A stretch of 23,092 nt of DNA from assembly GCA_048882485.1 (NCBI GenBank), contig JBHLRP010000039.1, positions 1 through 23,092 on the forward strand, in the 5' to 3' direction. Each line of letters begins with the position of its first letter. Positions within the stretch are counted from its first letter, which is position 1. This DNA is from Candidatus Thorarchaeota archaeon (GTDB lineage Archaea; Asgardarchaeota; Thorarchaeia; Thorarchaeales; Thorarchaeaceae). Of this stretch, positions 8,109 to 16,666 are shown in pieces. Both the position numbers and the translations under genes were made by a program. The notes beneath the pieces were generated by a model, which was not told the DNA's origin, searched no databases, and saw only the letters and a list, made by a program, of their open reading frames with translations.

Positions 8109-9470
8109 ATGACTATGACAATAGATATTCTATTAAAAGATGGAACTGTCTTCACTCCGAGTGGTGTACTGAGATGCAATTTGGCTATATCTGAAGACAA
8201 GATTGTTTCACTCGTAAGTGATAGTCACTCTCCAAAAGCAGAGAGAGTCCTTGACTGTTCAGGAAAATGGGTACTCCCTGGTGTCATAGATGCGCATGTG
8301 CATTTTCGAGACCCCGGCTACACTCACAAAGAAGACTATGAAACCGGAAGTAGAGCAGCTGCTGCAGGCGGAGTCACAATGGTGATGGACCAACCAAACA
8401 CCAATCCAGTTCCTAATACGCTTGAGAGATTTGAAGCGCACAAAGAAAATGCAAACAAGAAAAGCTTCGTGGATTTCAATCACTTCGCGAGTCCAGGAAT
8501 ATTAGACGAAGTTCCCAAAATCGCATCGTTTGGTGCGATTGCATTCAAGATTTTCCAGAAGAAAGCGGCATATCCATATGATACTGAAGCCTCCATTGCT
8601 GATGATTATCATATCTTTGAAGCTTTCAAAGCAACTGGAAAGGCAAATCGGCTATGTAGCGTTCATGCACATGAAACTTTCATCTATGAGGGAATGATGA
8701 AGCGACTTAGAGACACGGGAGAGATGACATGGCAAAATTTCATCGATGCATCTTATAACGAACTCGTCCGTGTTGGAACCGTTCCTACGCTAATATATCT
8801 AGCAGAGAAATCTGGCGCAAGATATTATGCCCTACACTGTGGCCTGAGAGACTATGTTGATGTGATAAGAGGGGCAAAAGCAGCAGGCAAGAATATTATC
8901 GCAGATTGTGTCATATCGCATCTAGTTCCTTCGCCAAAGCCAGAGAATCCAGGTATCCTAAAGGGGCAATATAAGACAAACGAAATCCATGTCAAAGCTA
9001 CTTGGCAAGGGATTTTGGATGGAACTATAGACTTCATTGATAGTGATCATGCTCCTCATCTGCCCGAGGAGATTGAGATAGGAGTAGAAGAGCCGGAGAA
9101 GATGGCACTCGGATATGGATGCATCGAGTATTACTTCTCACTTCTACTTAATGAGGTAAATAGAGGCAGAATATCAGTCGAGCAGCTAGTGAATCTGTGC
9201 TCCACTAATGTTGCGAAAGCATTTGATATCTATCCACGGAAAGGCGCACTGCAAGTAGGGTCTGACGCAGATATAGTGATAGTAGACCCAAAAAAGACTA
9301 TGACCATTTCTTCTGAGAATCTCTATACCAAATCGGGATGGACCGCATATGAGGGATATGAAGTCACAGGTGTTCCCATCTTCACTATTGTCAGGGGAAA
9401 TATTGTGATGGAAGATGGTAATGTCATTGGGAAGCCTGGATTTGGAGAATTCATAAGGCCAATCTGTTAG
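8109..9470 (+). CDS. Cyclic amidohydrolase (dihydroorotase/allantoinase/hydantoinase family), divergent
   Basis: PGVIDAHVHFRDPG, AAAAGGVT, PNTNP, FKIF (carboxylated-Lys position), VHAHE, ALH, SDHAPH, RKGALQVGSDADIVIVD. SD GAGGT upstream. Confidence 0.9.
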   Translation: MTMTIDILLKDGTVFTPSGVLRCNLAISEDKIVSLVSDSHSPKAERVLDCSGKWVLPGVIDAHVHFRDPGYTHKEDYETGSRAAAAGGVTMVMDQPNTNPVPNTLERFEAHKENANKKSFVDFNHFASPGILDEVPKIASFGAIAFKIFQKKAAYPYDTEASIADDYHIFEAFKATGKANRLCSVHAHETFIYEGMMKRLRDTGEMTWQNFIDASYNELVRVGTVPTLIYLAEKSGARYYALHCGLRDYVDVIRGAKAAGKNIIADCVISHLVPSPKPENPGILKGQYKTNEIHVKATWQGILDGTIDFIDSDHAPHLPEEIEIGVEEPEKMALGYGCIEYYFSLLLNEVNRGRISVEQLVNLCSTNVAKAFDIYPRKGALQVGSDADIVIVDPKKTMTISSENLYTKSGWTAYEGYEVTGVPIFTIVRGNIVMEDGNVIGKPGFGEFIRPIC

Positions 9471-9565
9471 GCTAGGATTGAAACCAAGCGTTTTCGTCTG
9501 GAAACATTGGATTCATGCAAGCATTTAACTATGGTTAACATCCAAATAGAATAGGTCATCTAGGA

Positions 9566-10798
9566 ATGAGCGAGCATGTGGAACTATCGAGCAAGATTGC
9601 GGTGGCTGAGCCGGGCAATTATCGATTCATAGACCTTACAGCCTACATTCTGTTTGGAATTGGTCCACTTGTTGGGAATGCCGTACTCACTCTATTGGGT
9701 CCTATTTCCGCTCAATTCGTTCTTGATCCAACTGCCATTCTTGTAGCCATTCCAGCTTTCATGTTTCCATTTGCATTCATTCAGCTGTTCTCTGGAGCGA
9801 TCTCCGACATTTACGGAAGGGTCCCAGTAATCGCCGGCGGCTTACTTGCATTCATAGTAGGCATCGCACTCATTGCATTCTCGACTTCCATTGAGTTCTT
9901 TGCCCTAGGGCATTTGGTATCCGGAGTTGGCTTTGGATTTGCGAATCCAGTGCTTCTAGCTCTCCTTTCCGATTGTTCTATCCCCGAAGAGATTCCTATG
10001 AAGATGGGCATAGCTTCAGCACTTGCATCTCTCGGTGTAGGACTGGGCCCATTTATTGCTGGCCAAATGGTAATCTTTGGATGGCAATACTACTACCTCC
10101 TCATTTTGATGATAGTGTTTCTAGGCCTCCTCGCCGTTACAGCGGCCAAGCGACCTCCAACTCAAGTTCAAGGCGAAACGGGAATTCGTGTACTTATTGA
10201 GAATCTGAGCTTGGAGCTGAGGAAACCTGTTGTTCTTCTGATGTTGTTCACAGGCTTTCTTGTTTCCAACGCATATCTGGGAACACTCGTCTGGACTTCA
10301 CGCGGATTGACTGGAGCAATTGATGAAACGCTCACTGGATTGCTGCTCCTTGGAGCCGGGATATTTGGAGCGACTGCGGGATTGCTATTGAACCGGATAG
10401 TCAGAAAATGGGGATATGGAATCTCAATTGCTATAGGTATGGCAACCCTGTTTGTGACCATGGCTATCTTTATCCTGATTGGTGATATAACCGCAGCTAG
10501 TTCAATTCCATGGGTAGGTCTAGCCCTCATTCTTGTCGGCTGGGCAGGTGGTATCCTGTTTCCATTATTGATTACCTACAGTCAAATCATCTCGCCTGAA
10601 CGACGCGGAGTATTAGCTGGAGCTCTGACATTTTCATTCTTTCTTGGAATGGCTTTGATTCCTTCAATATATGAGCCGTTCTTTCAACTAGGGATGTCCG
10701 TGGTGTACCTAGGATTGCTAGGCGTTTCTTTGGTACTGACACTGTTCTTTCTTATTCTATTCCGTACTGTTGACTCGCTATTATTCAATCAGGAGTAG
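9566..10798 (+). CDS. Major facilitator superfamily transporter (DHA1-like)
   Basis: 410 aa with about 12 hydrophobic segments, motif A GAISDIYGRVPV, motif C-like GVGLGPFIAG, and PERRG in the second half. Confidence 0.9.
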   Translation: MSEHVELSSKIAVAEPGNYRFIDLTAYILFGIGPLVGNAVLTLLGPISAQFVLDPTAILVAIPAFMFPFAFIQLFSGAISDIYGRVPVIAGGLLAFIVGIALIAFSTSIEFFALGHLVSGVGFGFANPVLLALLSDCSIPEEIPMKMGIASALASLGVGLGPFIAGQMVIFGWQYYYLLILMIVFLGLLAVTAAKRPPTQVQGETGIRVLIENLSLELRKPVVLLMLFTGFLVSNAYLGTLVWTSRGLTGAIDETLTGLLLLGAGIFGATAGLLLNRIVRKWGYGISIAIGMATLFVTMAIFILIGDITAASSIPWVGLALILVGWAGGILFPLLITYSQIISPERRGVLAGALTFSFFLGMALIPSIYEPFFQLGMSVVYLGLLGVSLVLTLFFLILFRTVDSLLFNQE

Positions 10799-10814
10799 TC
10801 AGTTCCGGAAAGGT

Positions 10815-10907
10815 CAAGGGAGAGATATGTCTTCAGATAATAGTAGAAGTTCAGGAATGAGCTCATTTGTTAAACCTCACAATCCGAAAACATCATCTCT
10901 CACCTTG
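10815..10907. repeat. Long imperfect inverted repeat with a central perfect palindrome, between convergent genes
   Basis: Left arm CAAGG-GAGAGAT-ATGT-C-TTCAGAT (10815-10838) pairs with right arm ATCCGAA-A-ACAT-C-ATCTCTC-A-CCTTG (10882-10907). The 12-bp palindrome AATGAGCTCATT (10856-10867) lies on the same symmetry axis. Confidence 0.55.
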
Positions 10908-10933
10908 TTCGATTCTATAGTAGCCAGAATGAC

Positions 10934-12118
10934 TTAGTCTATGATTTGCAGTTCTGTCTTCCACCTTACGAATACAAGAACCACCAAAGCAATCATAGCA
11001 ATACCCCCTGCTATTACAAGTGGGTCTATGGGCATTGGCGGGCCCCTTTTCTCCCAAGTATCTGTATTAGTGTCATAAGCCCACAGGTCGTTTATGATGT
11101 AGTAGGACTCCGTATCGTTGTACCATCCGCCACTATACAAAACTGTGCGGTCGGATTCGGTATCGTAGGCCATATACGCTCTAGCCCGGGCTTGAGGATG
11201 ATTATTGGGACTCATCTCTGTCCATGCGTTGGTTCCATAGTCAAAAATCCATGTTTCTGCCTCAAGTTCCCCCTCGAACCAATCCATAGCTCCTCCAAAG
11301 AATACACACACCTCTGATTCCACATCATAAACCATCACTCCAATCGAAACTGGATGTTCAGCTGGTTTCATCTCAGTCCAGCTGTTGTTGTCATAGTCGT
11401 AAACCCAAGTGTCAGTGTATGTCTGTATCGGCCACTCGTCATAGCCGCCTCCTCCGAATAGAACAACACGATCGTATTTGCTATCATACGACATTGCTGC
11501 TACTCGACTTGAGGGGTGGATTGGAGGATTCATTCTAGTCCAGCTATCAGCATCACAGTCATAGACCCATGTTTCGTTACTGAACTCCCCTCCATCCATC
11601 AGGCCTCCGAATAGCACCATGACATCTGATTGGCTATCATAGACCATAGGGGCTGCTATTCTCGGAGGCGGCTGTTGTGATGGTGATTGTTGTATCCAAG
11701 TATTACTGTCATAATGATAGGCCCATGTTTCCTGCCAACTCTCAAGAGTTTCCCCTTCTCCACATTTATGGCCACTGAACAAAATGGTCACGTCTGAATC
11801 CGCATCATACGCCAGGGCACTAGCACTTCTTTTGCTGGGTGCTGATGACGGACTCATATTGACCCAGCTGTTGGTATTGAATGAATATGCCCAAGTGTCG
11901 CCATATGCGGGATCTGAGAACCTCTCCTTCCAGCCACCAAACATGATGATGCGGTCTGATCCTGAATCATACGCGAGTTGTGCACTATTCCTGTCGAGCG
12001 GGAATTCATCAAGAGTCTGTGCTTTTGCTGGAATGGCTGTCAGAATCGGCATTGTGCCGCCCAGGACGAGGACGAAAAAACAGCTCACCACGAAGAATGA
12101 ACGAACCGTGTTTTTCAT
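10934..12118 (-). CDS. Kelch-like six-bladed beta-propeller surface protein with signal peptide and C-terminal TM anchor
   Basis: Six repeats of YDxxSDxx(I/V)(L/F)FGG...(D/E)TWxYDxxxNxW. Hydrophobic N-terminus ending AKA, and C-terminal TM (LVIAGGIAMIALVVLVFV) followed by RWK. Confidence 0.87.
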   Translation of the reverse strand: MKNTVRSFFVVSCFFVLVLGGTMPILTAIPAKAQTLDEFPLDRNSAQLAYDSGSDRIIMFGGWKERFSDPAYGDTWAYSFNTNSWVNMSPSSAPSKRSASALAYDADSDVTILFSGHKCGEGETLESWQETWAYHYDSNTWIQQSPSQQPPPRIAAPMVYDSQSDVMVLFGGLMDGGEFSNETWVYDCDADSWTRMNPPIHPSSRVAAMSYDSKYDRVVLFGGGGYDEWPIQTYTDTWVYDYDNNSWTEMKPAEHPVSIGVMVYDVESEVCVFFGGAMDWFEGELEAETWIFDYGTNAWTEMSPNNHPQARARAYMAYDTESDRTVLYSGGWYNDTESYYIINDLWAYDTNTDTWEKRGPPMPIDPLVIAGGIAMIALVVLVFVRWKTELQIID

Positions 12119-12254
12119 CTCCTAACCTCATCATTTCACAATTAACCTAGTTCAGGCAATAGATTAATATATCACTCTTCTACTTAAATTAACCGGTCTA
12201 AGGCAATCATTAAAGTAAAACTATGTTGATGTAAAAAGCGCGGAGTATTAAAGG

Positions 12255-12722
12255 ATGTATTTGACTCTTAGATATCCAACACCGAGGCAATGTCTGATAT
12301 GGCTCAAGAGACGTCAGAAAGTCCTACCCTCGCAGATTGCACGTGAGCTCAAGGTTTCACGTCCCTTTGTCAGCAAGGCTCAAAGGATAGCAGAAGAGCG
12401 GATTGGAACTCTTTTGAAGCATGCGGCATCAGTCAACCGAGTAAAGATCCGACATTTGAGTCCGAAATATGGATTTGCTGTGGGATATTGCTCTGCACAC
12501 CGGATGGACACGTTCATCCTATTCTCTCCAAAGATGGGCGTTCAAACTTGGTTTGATCATGAAGAGGATTGTGGGAGTTGCGCGGAAGTAATTGATTGCA
12601 AAAGGACACTGACTCAGCTAGCCGAAGAGTGGGAGATTTCCTTGAAGGGCATGGAGACTCCTACAGACATGGCAGCTCATATGTTTGAAGTAATAATGAG
12701 GAGGCTGAAATGGATAGAGTAG
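12255..12722 (+). CDS. HTH DNA-binding protein with C-terminal His/Cys cluster
   Basis: 'PSQIARELKVSRPFVSKAQ' HTH and C-terminal H-x3-C-x2-C-x5-C (HEEDCGSCAEVIDC). Confidence 0.72.
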   Translation: MYLTLRYPTPRQCLIWLKRRQKVLPSQIARELKVSRPFVSKAQRIAEERIGTLLKHAASVNRVKIRHLSPKYGFAVGYCSAHRMDTFILFSPKMGVQTWFDHEEDCGSCAEVIDCKRTLTQLAEEWEISLKGMETPTDMAAHMFEVIMRRLKWIE

Positions 12723-14095
12723 AATCCTCGGATAATATTACTTCAGAAGTCATAAAACCATGTCCACATACTCCGAAAAGAAGCCACAATTCTTCCCTTA
12801 TTGGGAAAATAAGAACTCAAATCTCGCGAAAGCAAGCAGCTGCGGCTGGCACGATGTCATTTGTTATGATTGGGATTCTTGTTAGTAGTCTAATGCCAAT
12901 GCCATATGTTCAGATTCCGAGCACGGCCAGGTACAACATTGATTGTATTGTTGTGAGATTCACTAGCAGCGGCGATTTTATCCAAGCTTCAAGTATCCGA
13001 ATCGCCAATCAGACAAGCAACGGATGGATTGATTTCGGATCGGTAGATATAGTGGAGTGCAGTGACAGTGGCTATGCTTTGGTCTCCCCCATATTACGCA
13101 ATATGGATGGGACTAAAACTTGGAGTATCCAGCTATCTCGTCTGGATGATTTCGGAAATGTCTTGTGGACACGTGTCTTTGATGTATTAAATATCGAACC
13201 TAATCTGTCACTTGTGGAAGCGCAGTCCGGAGGATTTGTTATCGCCGGCTCATCACTGTTCTTTTGTGAGGAATCAAACGAATGGATTCGAGAAGTATTT
13301 CTAATTCGGACCAATGGCACTGGCTATCCTGAATGGACTCAAAGCTACAGCAATTTATCGGGTGTTTGCAGCCAGTCATTGGTTGAATGCGAAAATGGAG
13401 ATTATGCGATAGCAGGAACAACTGGAGTTTGCTCGAATTCAAAGAGTGATATTCTTTTAGCACGGATGGATCCCAATGGAACACTGCTTTGGAATACTGC
13501 AATTGGTGGCACATCATTCGATGAAGGGTATTCACTCCTGGAACATGAAGAAGGCGGCTTCATAGTAGTTGGTAGCACTCAGGACGAAGACTATGATTAT
13601 AGAGTCCTCATGGTGCGCACTGCTGCAAATGGATCAATGATTTGGAATCGCACATTTATTGAAGAGGGTAGCAGCAGAGGTAATTCCATTTGCTCTTTTG
13701 ATGATGGTGGATTTGCCATAACGGGCCCCCATATACCGTATATCGGGGGATCCTCATCTGAAACATTATTCCTAAAAGTCGGCTCTGATGGCGAATTGAT
13801 AAGCAGCAAATCTATTCGATTCTCAGCATGGACGCGGATACATGGCTATTATAATGACTGCACAGGTCATGCAATTACTCAATCTGGTGACGGAGGCTTC
13901 ATTATAACCGGCGTCATACTACGAGATCCATGGACCGATGATTGGGAACTGCTTCTTTTAGGAACTGATAATGCAGGGAACTTACTCTGGAATTCAACCT
14001 ATGGCGGAGGAACTTGGGCAACTGGCTGTTCACTTGTGGTCTGTAGAGATGGGCGCTTAATTGTTGCTGGTGCAGAATCGAGTCTTGTTGGCTAA
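12710..14095 (+). CDS. Single-pass membrane protein with extracellular beta-propeller-like repeats
   Basis: Basic N-terminal tail and one TM (AAAGTMSFVMIGILVSSLM), then 6-7 repeats of SLxExxDGGFxIxG...LLxRTDxNGxLLWNxTxGG. Overlaps the upstream gene by 13 nt. Confidence 0.75.
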   Translation: MDRVESSDNITSEVIKPCPHTPKRSHNSSLIGKIRTQISRKQAAAAGTMSFVMIGILVSSLMPMPYVQIPSTARYNIDCIVVRFTSSGDFIQASSIRIANQTSNGWIDFGSVDIVECSDSGYALVSPILRNMDGTKTWSIQLSRLDDFGNVLWTRVFDVLNIEPNLSLVEAQSGGFVIAGSSLFFCEESNEWIREVFLIRTNGTGYPEWTQSYSNLSGVCSQSLVECENGDYAIAGTTGVCSNSKSDILLARMDPNGTLLWNTAIGGTSFDEGYSLLEHEEGGFIVVGSTQDEDYDYRVLMVRTAANGSMIWNRTFIEEGSSRGNSICSFDDGGFAITGPHIPYIGGSSSETLFLKVGSDGELISSKSIRFSAWTRIHGYYNDCTGHAITQSGDGGFIITGVILRDPWTDDWELLLLGTDNAGNLLWNSTYGGGTWATGCSLVVCRDGRLIVAGAESSLVG

Positions 14096-14111
14096 TGTCT
14101 AACTCGGAAAA

Positions 14112-15116
14112 TTGCCTAGTTCCAATTGCAGAAGTATATACATGTCAAGGTCAGAGGGAAACATAGTACAAATCCTAGGGCCCGTGAAAGCATTGGACTC
14201 GATTGACCGAAGTATCCTCTGGCAGCTAGATGCAAATTGCAGAATAACTTACGAGAACCTCTCTCGCAAATTAGGGATAACTGCAAATGCTGTCAGGAAA
14301 CGAATAACCAACCTGATTGACAGCGGAGTCATTATCCGGTTCATGGTGTTGCCCAGCAATGCATTGATGGACCTCGAGTTTGCTTCTGGAGTCCTGTACA
14401 CAAACGGTAGAGAAGACCGTCAGGAAACTGTTGATATCTTGGGGTCGCATCCTGCAATTCACCATGTCAGCCCGTTGGTTACTACTCGGGGCGGTGCATA
14501 CCACTTCTTTGGTCAATACTCTGGAGCTGAGATGCTGGCACAGCTTGGTTCCTTCCTTCGTGGACTTCCTCAGACTGAAGAAGTGAAGTTCAATACAGTT
14601 CTCTTTCCTCGGGGAGAGAGGGTGAAATTGACAAAGCGACAGATGCGTGTCTTACGTGTCCTAATGGATGATCCACGCATGCAGATCAGTGAGGTCGCTA
14701 GGAAGTCTCAACTTCCTGTTCGAGCGGCGCGAAGAGCATTGAAGGAACTTGAAGAAGAAGGCGGAGTTAGGTTCACAGTCAGGTGGGATGTTAACACCAG
14801 AGGGAATAATTCCTTCTGGGCGGTTATCGAATGGGACGACAAAGCCTCTGAACATTCCCAGATAATTGACTGGCTTAACAAAGAGTTTCCAAACGAATAT
14901 TGGACCTTTTTCGTTGCTGCAGCGGAACCGCTGGTCTGTGCGAGGTTCGTCGTTGACGACCTACTAGATGTCGACCGAATCACAAATCAAATCAAAGGCG
15001 CTCCATCTGTCAAATCCCTCGAAACTCTAGTTTGCTACTCCACGTTTGATTTCCCATGGTACGGAGAGGCAAAACTAAGGGAGATGCTAGCCCAGGAAGG
15101 AATTCAAGACTCCTAG
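14112..15116 (+). CDS. Lrp/AsnC-family regulator with two tandem wHTH + RAM-like units
   Basis: First HTH LDSIDRSILWQLDANCRITYENLSRKLGITANAVRKRI; second LTKRQMRVLRVLMDDPRMQISEVARK. Likely start is GTG 14184, by alignment with the paralog at 18939. Confidence 0.87.
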   Translation: MPSSNCRSIYMSRSEGNIVQILGPVKALDSIDRSILWQLDANCRITYENLSRKLGITANAVRKRITNLIDSGVIIRFMVLPSNALMDLEFASGVLYTNGREDRQETVDILGSHPAIHHVSPLVTTRGGAYHFFGQYSGAEMLAQLGSFLRGLPQTEEVKFNTVLFPRGERVKLTKRQMRVLRVLMDDPRMQISEVARKSQLPVRAARRALKELEEEGGVRFTVRWDVNTRGNNSFWAVIEWDDKASEHSQIIDWLNKEFPNEYWTFFVAAAEPLVCARFVVDDLLDVDRITNQIKGAPSVKSLETLVCYSTFDFPWYGEAKLREMLAQEGIQDS

Positions 15117-16612
15117 GTATTGAATTCTACGCTAGGCTTGAAATCGGGTGCCTGCCTGATCTTGGTTACTTGTTCGAATGCATATGCAATTTCGATGAGT
15201 TTGGGTTCTTGATATGGTCCAGAGATAAATGAAATTCCTATTGGCAGACCATGAATATAACCAGCAGGTACTGTAATGCTTGAATACCCCGAAACCGCTG
15301 CCAACGATGATGAGCCTCCAGAGAAGTGATCTCCTGTCACATAATCGGTGAGCCAAGCAGGACCACCAGATGGCGCAACAACTGCATCGAGTTTCTTCTC
15401 TTTCAGAAAAGGATCCAAACCTTCAGTCTGTGACAGTTTCTTGCATTTCTCCAAGGCTTCTACATACTCTTTTTCATCGAGCAAGCCTTTCTCCTGGCTC
15501 TTCAGCATAATATCCTGACCAAAGAAGGGCATTGTCCTCTCTCTATTAGCTTCATTGAACTCGATCACCTCCTTCAGTGATTTCACTGGAGCATCCGGTC
15601 CAAGCCCGGCTAGGTATTCATTTAGGTCTGCCTTGAACTCATGCAAAAGGACCTCATACTCTGGATCCCACAATTCCTTGGTACTAGGGATTTCGGTTGG
15701 GTCGACTATTTCAGCCTCATTCTCTCTCATGATATTGATGCTATCCTCCATGATTGCATCCACTCGTTCATCGAACCCAAAGAGATTCCTGACCACTCCG
15801 ATTCGGGCACCTTCAAGCCCCTTCTGGTTGAGGAATTTCGTATAGTCTGTGTGGCTCTTTCCTTCGCTCTCCTTTGTGACAGGGTCTCTTGAGTCCACAC
15901 CAGTCATAGCTCCAAGAAGAATGGCTGCGTCTACGACAGACCTTCCCATCGGTCCAGCGGTGTCTTGAGTATGACTGATGGGGACAATTCCTGAACGACT
16001 TGCAAGTCCAATTGTAGGCTTGATTCCAACTATACCATTTGCATGGGAAGGGCAAATGACAGAGCCATCGGTTTCAGTACCGACGGCAACGGTGCACAGG
16101 TCTGCAGCTACTGCTACAGCAGATCCTGAGCTTGACCCGCAGGGATTCCGGTCTAGCGCATATGGATTGAGTGTCTGACCTCCTCGACTACTCCATCCAC
16201 TAGATGAATGCTCAGATCTGAAATTCGCCCACTCGCTGAGGTTGGCCTTGGCGAGAATCACAGCTCCAGCATCACGCAGCTTCTGAACCACAAATGCATC
16301 CTTTGAAGGGAAGGAACCAAGAAGTGCAAGAGACCCGGCAGTAGTCATCATCTTGTCAGCCGTATCGATGTTGTCTTTGAGAACAAGTGGAATACCATGC
16401 ATAAGGCCTCTAGGCCCCTTTTCATTGCGTTCAGCATCCATCTCATCTGCAATGGCTAGAGCATCAGGATTTATTTCTATAATGGAGTTGAGTTTCGATC
16501 CATTGCTGTCGATTCTTTCAATACGATCCAGATACCATTCAACAATTTCCCGTGAAGTCAGTCTGCCAGCGTTCATCTCCTCTTGAAGCTGCAGAATATT
16601 CCGTTCTTTCAA
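15113..16612 (-). CDS. Amidase-signature (AS) family amidase, peptide-amidase-like
   Basis: Catalytic Lys in GIPLVLKDNI, ILAKANLSEWANFRS, NPCGSSSGSA and GTETDGSVICP give the Ser-cisSer-Lys triad. TTG start with GGAG 8 nt upstream. Confidence 0.94.
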   Translation of the reverse strand: MKERNILQLQEEMNAGRLTSREIVEWYLDRIERIDSNGSKLNSIIEINPDALAIADEMDAERNEKGPRGLMHGIPLVLKDNIDTADKMMTTAGSLALLGSFPSKDAFVVQKLRDAGAVILAKANLSEWANFRSEHSSSGWSSRGGQTLNPYALDRNPCGSSSGSAVAVAADLCTVAVGTETDGSVICPSHANGIVGIKPTIGLASRSGIVPISHTQDTAGPMGRSVVDAAILLGAMTGVDSRDPVTKESEGKSHTDYTKFLNQKGLEGARIGVVRNLFGFDERVDAIMEDSINIMRENEAEIVDPTEIPSTKELWDPEYEVLLHEFKADLNEYLAGLGPDAPVKSLKEVIEFNEANRERTMPFFGQDIMLKSQEKGLLDEKEYVEALEKCKKLSQTEGLDPFLKEKKLDAVVAPSGGPAWLTDYVTGDHFSGGSSSLAAVSGYSSITVPAGYIHGLPIGISFISGPYQEPKLIEIAYAFEQVTKIRQAPDFKPSVEFNT

Positions 16613-16666
16613 ATGAGCATCTCCGATTGAAGAGCGTGTGCTTTACTGGGTAATAAGTGGGACAGG

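Noticed and set aside
8109-9470. Assigning pyrC or allB
   Set aside because: Family membership is clear, but the substrate loops diverge and there are no pyr or allantoin pathway neighbours.
15113-15116. Two convergent TAG stop codons overlapping in CTAG
   Set aside because: Real, but a common feature of compact genomes.
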